DNA from: Aquificaceae bacterium | GTDB taxonomy: Bacteria; Aquificota; Aquificia; Aquificales; Aquificaceae | DNA length: 23,480 nt | Reading direction: 5' to 3' | NCBI GenBank assembly: GCA_037924335.1 | Contig: JAXSMZ010000024.1 | Location: 1 to 23,480, forward strand | In this document: positions 18,216-23,480 of the stretch, in pieces | Layout: each line of letters begins with the position of its first letter | Numbering within the stretch: the first letter of the stretch is position 1 | Translations under genes and position numbers: made by a program | The notes under the pieces: model-generated | What the model saw: only the letters and a program-made list of their open reading frames with translations | Database searches by the model: none | Told to the model about the DNA's origin: nothing

Positions 18216-20225
18216 ATGCTCAAAATAGAAGAAAAAGTTAGGGGGATTTTAAAGGGTTTGGATGTTGAAGAGAGAATAAAAGGGGAGGATATGGATGCCC
18301 TAGTAAGCCGTATACTTGAAAGGCTCAAGGATGATATGTCTGAAGGAGAACTTTTTGACCTTATAGAGGAGGTCCTTTTAGAAAGTCCTTATAAGGAAAT
18401 AGCAAAGTCCTTTATTCTTGAGAGAGAAGGCATAAAGCTCGTTGAAAGGTATATGAACAGAGAAGACTGGGAGGTAAGAGAGAACAGCAACATGACTTAC
18501 TCCCTTCAAGGGCTTAACTTTTACTTAACTTCTCATGTGAGCAGGAGCTACTGGTTGAGCAGGGTATACCCAGAGAGGATAAAGAAAGCCCATGTCAATG
18601 GTGATTTTCATATCCATGAACTACAAGCCCTTAGCGTTTACTGTGTAGGATGGGACCTCTGGGACCTTTTGCTCACAGGGTTTGGAGGTGTTCCCGGTAA
18701 GGTTGAGAGTAGACCTCCAAAGCATTTCACTTCTGCACTTGGTCAAGCTGTTAACTTCTTGTACACGTTGCAAGGTGAAGCAACTGGTGCTCAGGCTTTC
18801 TCCAACTTTGATACACTCCTGGCACCCTTCATAAGGTACGATGGACTAAACTATGTACAGGTAAAACAAGCCATTCAGGAGTTTATTTACAATTTGAACA
18901 TACCAACAAGAACGGGTTTTCAAGCTCCTTTTACAAACCTAACCTTTGACCTGAAAGTCCCAGAGTATTACAGGCACCAGGGTGTTATAGTTGGGGGCAT
19001 GGTTAAGAATGAGACCTATGGAGAGTTTCAAGAAGAGATGGACATGCTAAACAGGGCCATATTTGAGGTTATGGTTGAGGGAGATGCAAAGGGAAGGGTT
19101 TTTACCTTTCCTATACCCACTTACAACATAACAAAGGATTTTGATTGGGAAAATCCAAACTACGATGGTCTATGGAAGATGAGCGGTAAATACGGAATAC
19201 CCTACTTTGCCAACTTTATAAACTCTGACATGAAGCCTGAAGATGTGAGAAGTATGTGCTGTAGGCTTAGGCTTGAGGTTAAAAAGCTTGAAAAGAAGGG
19301 AGGGAGTTATTTTGGAGCCAATCCTCTTACTGGTTCTATAGGGGTTGTAACTATAAACTTACCCAGGTTAGGGTACATCTCCAAGTCTGAAGAGGACTTT
19401 TTTGGAAGGCTTGAAGAGCTTATGGATCTTTCTAAAGAGAGCCTTGAAATAAAAAGGAGGGTTTTGGAAGAGCTCACAGAAAAAGGGCTCTACCCTTATT
19501 CAAAATTCTACCTAAGAAGTGTAAAGGAAAGGTTCGGAGAGTATTGGAAAAACCATTTTTCTACTATAGGAATAATAGGAATGAACGAAGCATGCCTAAA
19601 CCTTTTTGGTAAACCCATATACACGGACGAGGGTAGAACCTTTACTATTAAGGTCCTTGATTTCATGAGAGAAAAGCTTATAGAGTTTCAAGAAAAGACT
19701 GGGAACAATTACAACCTTGAGGCCACGCCGGCAGAGTCCACATCCTATAGGCTTGCCAAAATAGACAAGACCAAGTTTCCAGATATAATAGTTGCTAACG
19801 AGGATAGATACAAAAAGGGGGCTGAGCCATTTTATACAAATTCTACACAGCTCCCAGTGAATTACACGGATGACCCTTTCGAAGCGCTTGACCTTCAAGA
19901 TGAGTTTCAGATACGTTATACGGGTGGAACAGTACTTCACTTTTTTGTTGGAGAGAGAATATACGATGCAAGAGCCCTTAGGGACTTTGTTAAGAAGGTA
20001 TGTGAGAACTACAAGCTACCCTACTTTACTATAACACCAACCTTCAGCGTCTGCCCCAACCATGGCTATATACCGGGTGAGAAGGATAGATGCCCACTTT
20101 GTGCTGAAGAAACAGAGATATACTCAAGGGTTGTTGGATATCTAAGGCCAGTCCACCAATGGAATGAAGGAAAAAGGGAGGAATTTAAGATGAGAAGAAC
20201 CTTTAGAGTGGATAGAATAACATGA
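18216..20225 (+). CDS. nrdD: Anaerobic (class III) ribonucleoside-triphosphate reductase
   Basis: ENSN, AHVNGDFHIH, YCVGW (C143), finger loop SMCCRL (C348/C349), EATPAES, YTNST, Zn ribbon CPNH...CPLC and glycyl-radical motif YSRVVGYLRPV (G641). Confidence 0.96.
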   Translation: MLKIEEKVRGILKGLDVEERIKGEDMDALVSRILERLKDDMSEGELFDLIEEVLLESPYKEIAKSFILEREGIKLVERYMNREDWEVRENSNMTYSLQGLNFYLTSHVSRSYWLSRVYPERIKKAHVNGDFHIHELQALSVYCVGWDLWDLLLTGFGGVPGKVESRPPKHFTSALGQAVNFLYTLQGEATGAQAFSNFDTLLAPFIRYDGLNYVQVKQAIQEFIYNLNIPTRTGFQAPFTNLTFDLKVPEYYRHQGVIVGGMVKNETYGEFQEEMDMLNRAIFEVMVEGDAKGRVFTFPIPTYNITKDFDWENPNYDGLWKMSGKYGIPYFANFINSDMKPEDVRSMCCRLRLEVKKLEKKGGSYFGANPLTGSIGVVTINLPRLGYISKSEEDFFGRLEELMDLSKESLEIKRRVLEELTEKGLYPYSKFYLRSVKERFGEYWKNHFSTIGIIGMNEACLNLFGKPIYTDEGRTFTIKVLDFMREKLIEFQEKTGNNYNLEATPAESTSYRLAKIDKTKFPDIIVANEDRYKKGAEPFYTNSTQLPVNYTDDPFEALDLQDEFQIRYTGGTVLHFFVGERIYDARALRDFVKKVCENYKLPYFTITPTFSVCPNHGYIPGEKDRCPLCAEETEIYSRVVGYLRPVHQWNEGKREEFKMRRTFRVDRIT

Positions 20226-20968
20226 GCTTTGCGGGTTACAAAGAACACTTTCAGAAAGAAGATCCTTACTGCCTTTTTAAAATAGGCGGTCTTCAGAGGT
20301 TCACCCTAATAGATTATCCTGGGAAAGTAGCGTGTATAGTCTTCACTCAGGGATGCAACTTTAGATGCCCATACTGTTACAATGTGGAGCTTGTCCTCCC
20401 CGAACGTTACGGTGTTCTCATACCTCAAGAGGAGGTTTTTTCATTCCTGATGGAAAGGATAGGAAAGCTAGATGGTGTTGTCATAACTGGTGGAGAACCT
20501 ACTTTGCAAAAGAAGGGCTTGGAAGGATTTGTTGAAAGAGTCAAAGCCCTTGGTTTTTCTGTAAAGCTCGATACAAACGGTGCTTTCCCCGATGTTGTAA
20601 AGAGCCTTTTAGATAAGGGGTTAGTTGATTACATAGCCATGGATGTTAAAGCTCCGTTGAAGAAGTACGACCAGGTTGTTAGAGCAAAGGTGGATACAAA
20701 GAGGATAGAGGAAAGCATAGGGCTGATCATGGATTCTGGGGTAGATTACGAGTTTAGGACTACGGTTGTAAAGGACCAACTCTCAAGGGATGACCTAATC
20801 CAGATAGGAATCCTTGTAAAAGGTGCAAAGAGATATTACCTTCAAAGATTTATACCTGGGAAAACGCTGGACCCAGAGTTTACAAACAAGACCACTTACA
20901 CAGAGAGGGAGTTTGAAGACATAGCCAAAGAGCTGAAAAAGTACGTCAAGGAATGTTATGTTCGATGA
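20222..20968 (+). CDS. nrdG: Anaerobic RNR activating radical SAM enzyme
   Basis: IDYPGKVACIVFTQGCNFRCPYCYN (CxxxCxxC), GVVITGGEPTL, KLDTNG and YEFRTT. ATGA overlap with nrdD. Confidence 0.94.
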   Translation: MSFAGYKEHFQKEDPYCLFKIGGLQRFTLIDYPGKVACIVFTQGCNFRCPYCYNVELVLPERYGVLIPQEEVFSFLMERIGKLDGVVITGGEPTLQKKGLEGFVERVKALGFSVKLDTNGAFPDVVKSLLDKGLVDYIAMDVKAPLKKYDQVVRAKVDTKRIEESIGLIMDSGVDYEFRTTVVKDQLSRDDLIQIGILVKGAKRYYLQRFIPGKTLDPEFTNKTTYTEREFEDIAKELKKYVKECYVR

Positions 20969-22211
20969 CCTCTTTGCATTCCAAAAGCACATAATTTCCA
21001 TTGAACTCTTTACCTTCAACCAGAACATTGCAAGATGAAAAATCAGATGCATAATTCTTCTTTGTTACAATGAGAGCCTTTTGTCTTACATCTGGTTTTT
21101 CCAAAAATCTTATACATCTCTGGGAGTAAAAGACCAAAGCCGAATCTTCTGACCTGTAAAAGTAAACGTCTCCAATGTAATTCTTTATAATGGGATAGGC
21201 CCTTGGCGTAAACCTATCTTTTTCGTAAAAGTAAGAGTAAGATAGAAGAAAAAGTAGAAGAGGAAAAGCCAAATAGACTACTCTCTTTATGTACTTCTCT
21301 GTGGCACAGTGAGATAGCATAATGGCTAATGGTGGATAGGAAAAGAGAAGATAGTGATGTAGCCTGTTCTTGGCAAGGCTAAAAAAAACAAGCACATAAA
21401 GGAACCAAAAGATATAGGGAAGTAGCTCTTTCCTTAATACCCTTATGAGCTTTGGGTATAGAGGGATATAAAAGGCTGTTGATGCAAGAATTACGAGAAG
21501 GTAGTAATAAAAGGGATAATTGTGGACACTTCTCTGCCCTGTGTATCTCATAATGTTTTCGTAGATAAAAAAATTGTAAAAGTAGAGATAGCCAAACTTG
21601 TAAAACATATAAAAGTACCAACTCCCACCTACAAGCAGAAAGAGGGAAAAACCCCTAATCGTGAAAATTCTTAAATCCCTCTTCCAAAGTATATAGACAC
21701 CTAAGGGAAGTAAAAAACCAACTGGACCTTTTGTCAAAAAGGCTAAAGCTATGAAGATCCAGCCTATGCTTGTTCTTTTCTCCAAGAAAAAGTAAAGCCC
21801 CCCTATCATAAAGAAGTTAAGAAGCATCTCAGGAACAACACCCCTTGACTCTATCCAAAGATGGGGAAAGGTCAAAAGGATGAGAAAGCCCCTTTTTGCT
21901 AAAGTATCCCCAAAGTTCTCCTTTGCTATCATGTAGGTAAAGAGGGCAACTCCAACTGCTGAGAGTCCAGAGATCAACCTCGCTGAGAACTCGCTCAGAC
22001 CAAAGAGATGCGAAGAGAGAATTACCATCCAGTAAAGAAGTGGTGGCTTTTCAAACCTTGTATTGCAGTTATAATAGGGCACCAAAAGGTTACCATCTTT
22101 TATCATGTTTAAAACAGCATCCATGTTCCTTCCTTCATCAAGGGACGTAAAGCTCAAAAACCAATTTCCAAAGACAAAAAAATAGAAGGAGAATAGAACA
22201 AGGCTAATCAT
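20946..22211 (-). CDS. ArnT/GT39 (PMT-2) polyprenyl-phosphate-sugar-dependent glycosyltransferase; candidate lipid A galacturonosyl transferase (RgtF/RgtD-like)
   Basis: Motifs DEGRN, RFEKPPLLYW, FGLSEFSARL and LAFLTKGP in a multi-TM protein. Coupled to the PAP2 gene by an 8-bp overlap. Sugar specificity is inference. Confidence 0.88.
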   Translation of the reverse strand: MISLVLFSFYFFVFGNWFLSFTSLDEGRNMDAVLNMIKDGNLLVPYYNCNTRFEKPPLLYWMVILSSHLFGLSEFSARLISGLSAVGVALFTYMIAKENFGDTLAKRGFLILLTFPHLWIESRGVVPEMLLNFFMIGGLYFFLEKRTSIGWIFIALAFLTKGPVGFLLPLGVYILWKRDLRIFTIRGFSLFLLVGGSWYFYMFYKFGYLYFYNFFIYENIMRYTGQRSVHNYPFYYYLLVILASTAFYIPLYPKLIRVLRKELLPYIFWFLYVLVFFSLAKNRLHHYLLFSYPPLAIMLSHCATEKYIKRVVYLAFPLLLFLLSYSYFYEKDRFTPRAYPIIKNYIGDVYFYRSEDSALVFYSQRCIRFLEKPDVRQKALIVTKKNYASDFSSCNVLVEGKEFNGNYVLLECKEVIEHNIP

Positions 22212-22719
22212 AAGCTGATCTTAACATCATTTTAACCAACTTATAGGAAAAGATGCCTATAAGAGCACCAGAGATCACATCTAGGGGAAAATGAACTCCC
22301 AAGTATACCCTTCCGTATGCTATTAGGAAGGCGTAAGCAAATAAAAGAAATTTCAGGATAAAGGGGGCTCTTTGAGAGAAAAAGCAGGCAAGCAAGAAGG
22401 CCATAGCTGTATCCCCCGATGGGAAAGACCTATGGTAGAGACTCTCAAGAAGGTAGACATCCTTTAGCATGCTTGCTGGCCTTGGTATATCAAATAGGGA
22501 TTTTAGGAGGGTTACTGTAAGGCTTTCCAGGGCTACAGAAAAAACAAAGAGCTTTAATCTTTTCCTTTGAAACATGAAAACGAAAAGCAAAGCAGGAATC
22601 AGCACCCATCCCTTCCCAAGAAGGTAAAAGCTGCTAAAAAACTCATCGAGCAATGGATGTCTTGCATGGTTTATAAGGTAAAAGAGCTCCACATTTAGGA
22701 TAAGGTTCTCTACGTTCAT
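22204..22719 (-). CDS. lpxE: PAP2 family lipid phosphatase, probable lipid A 1-phosphatase LpxE
   Basis: C1 K73-x6-R80P, C2 PSGD (variant of PSGH), C3 R137-x5-H143-x3-D147; 171 aa. Adjacent to an ArnT-like transferase, matching my recollection of the Aquifex aeolicus lpxE context. The family call is firm; the symbol is less so. Confidence 0.72.
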   Translation of the reverse strand: MNVENLILNVELFYLINHARHPLLDEFFSSFYLLGKGWVLIPALLFVFMFQRKRLKLFVFSVALESLTVTLLKSLFDIPRPASMLKDVYLLESLYHRSFPSGDTAMAFLLACFFSQRAPFILKFLLFAYAFLIAYGRVYLGVHFPLDVISGALIGIFSYKLVKMMLRSAYD

Positions 22720-22870
22720 AGCCTAATATGGTGAACTACTCCATCCTATAGAAGATGGAGCTTCCTGTGGAGTTTGCAGGTCTTAAGCCTGCCTTATCCA
22801 CAGAGGCTGGTTCACACTCAGCCACTACGAGGTATGGCACTGAGCCATTCCCCCATACTTGGTATCTTCT
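22711..22870 (-). ncRNA. Predicted TnpB omega-RNA (reRNA): scaffold to 22731 plus flank-derived guide; 5' and 3' limits approximate
   Basis: Four consecutive hairpins at 22857..22826, 22823..22805, 22803..22765 and 22760..22739. The loop GUGAAC (22815..22810) is complementary to the terminal GUUCAC (22736..22731), as in the known omega-RNA pseudoknot. Confidence 0.8.
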
Positions 22871-23479
22871 TGGCACTGGAATATGAGAAAAGCTAAGAGT
22901 AAAACCTGCTTTCCTCAAAATGTTTAAGCTACCATTAGTGTCTGCATTAATCGCTTTGCCATCCCTTGTCAGATATAGCCCTCTCTTTATCCTCTTGCCT
23001 GAAGCAGATGCTTGAGAGGTATAAGCTTCATCTGCTTCTACATAATGAATGCTATACTTTTGGCATTTGTGCTTTATGAGATCTCTGAGATAGCCAAGAG
23101 GAATAAAGATCATGTTTTGATTGTTCTTTTTGCCAAGATTGGGTTCATAAAAGATAGAGGAGTTGTTGCCTACCACTACACAATCTATGCCATTTACAAG
23201 GCAATACTCCACTACCATCTTGGCTGTCTTATGCATGTAATCTCTTATCTGGTTCTTCCTTTTTTCTTGAACAACCGCCAGCCTCTTGGTAATAGTCTTT
23301 ATATCTTGCTTTGCATAGACTGATTTTATCCTTACCAACTCTTTGTTAAACCACTGATTTATGGATTTAAGTTTTCTGCCATCTACTATGAAACTATTAT
23401 CATCTGTATCAGTGCATGTAGCAAGATTGTCTATTCCAAAGTCTATTCCAAGTGCTTTATATGGTTTTGTTTGGTCTTT
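22736..23479 (-). CDS. tnpB: RNA-guided endonuclease TnpB, 5'-truncated by the window edge
   Basis: The frame is open from 23479, upstream of the track's TTG at 23338: ...KALGIDFGIDNLATC (RuvC-I)...FIVDGRKLKSINQWFNKE...IRDYMHKTAK...VVVGNN...NLGKKNNQN...DEAYTSQ...GKRIKRGLY...INADTNGSLNILRK (RuvC-III). Confidence 0.95.
   Translation of the reverse strand, partial: KDQTKPYKALGIDFGIDNLATCTDTDDNSFIVDGRKLKSINQWFNKELVRIKSVYAKQDIKTITKRLAVVQEKRKNQIRDYMHKTAKMVVEYCLVNGIDCVVVGNNSSIFYEPNLGKKNNQNMIFIPLGYLRDLIKHKCQKYSIHYVEADEAYTSQASASGKRIKRGLYLTRDGKAINADTNGSLNILRKAGFTLSFSHIPVPRRYQVWGNGSVPYLVVAECEPASVDKAGLRPANSTGSSIFYRME
22739..22760 (-). repeat. Subterminal right-end hairpin (TnpA recognition palindrome)
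   Basis: CTCCATCTT-CTAT-AGGATGGAG is a 9-bp stem with one G-T pair. Eight nt (TAGTTCAC) follow it to the element end. Confidence 0.82.
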
Positions 23480-23480
23480 T

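Larger units (their letters stand above)
22731..23480 (-). mobile_element. IS200/IS605-family insertion sequence, right part (left end and any tnpA lie outside the window)
   Basis: tnpB followed by a typical right end, minus strand GGAAGCTCCATCTTCTATAGGATGGAGTAGTTCAC, which is a subterminal hairpin plus terminal TCAC ending at 22731. Confidence 0.88.

Noticed and set aside
997..20225. Inteins or group I introns in nrdB, rgy or nrdD, all frequent hosts
   Set aside because: All three ORFs are continuous and of normal length, with no splice-junction or homing endonuclease motifs.
3048..23323. The many short ORFs (60-135 aa) in the track that lie inside or antisense to the large genes, e.g. 11016-11393, 13288-13551, 17692-18130, 19596-19940, 23012-23323
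   Set aside because: They overlap well-supported genes, have no recognisable motifs or ribosome-binding signals, and look like shadow ORFs.
23429..23451. Direct repeat GTCTATTCCAA x2 in tnpB
   Set aside because: It simply encodes the GID-F-GID of the RuvC-I motif. Two units with a 1-nt gap are not a CRISPR array.
22736..23479. TnpB as a nuclease-dead TldR-type regulator
   Set aside because: Both catalytic Asp residues and a plausible relocated Glu are present, and an intact IS right end follows. Not supported unless assays show no cleavage.

Overview
A gene-dense chromosomal window from a thermophilic bacterium, most likely Aquificota (Hydrogenobacter/Thermocrinis-like). This is inferred from reverse gyrase, an orphan nuoH, an Aquifex-type emrAB/lpxE gene set and heavily overlapping genes. 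From left to right: a TerC/Alx membrane protein (cut by the left edge) head-to-head with a stand-alone class Ia ribonucleotide reductase beta subunit. Next is an 11.3 kb efflux locus in which a 7-gene coupled operon (RND adaptor, TolC, TetR, TolC, EmrA, two EmrB paralogues) is divergent from the RND pump across a 54-bp bidirectional promoter with a perfect 14-bp palindrome. Then come reverse gyrase, a small 4-TM protein, an orphan nuoH, class III RNR nrdD-nrdG (thioredoxin-type signature, truncated ATP cone) and a PAP2 (LpxE-like) plus ArnT/GT39 lipid-modification pair. At the right edge is the 3' part of an IS200/IS605-family element. Its TnpB has a rearranged RuvC-II site and no zinc finger, and its omega-RNA scaffold (four hairpins, a pseudoknot and a TCAC end) can be read directly from the sequence. 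The element ends 11 nt before the LpxE-like start codon, so the predicted guide spans that start. Several operon-leading genes look leaderless. No rRNA, tRNA or CRISPR array was seen.
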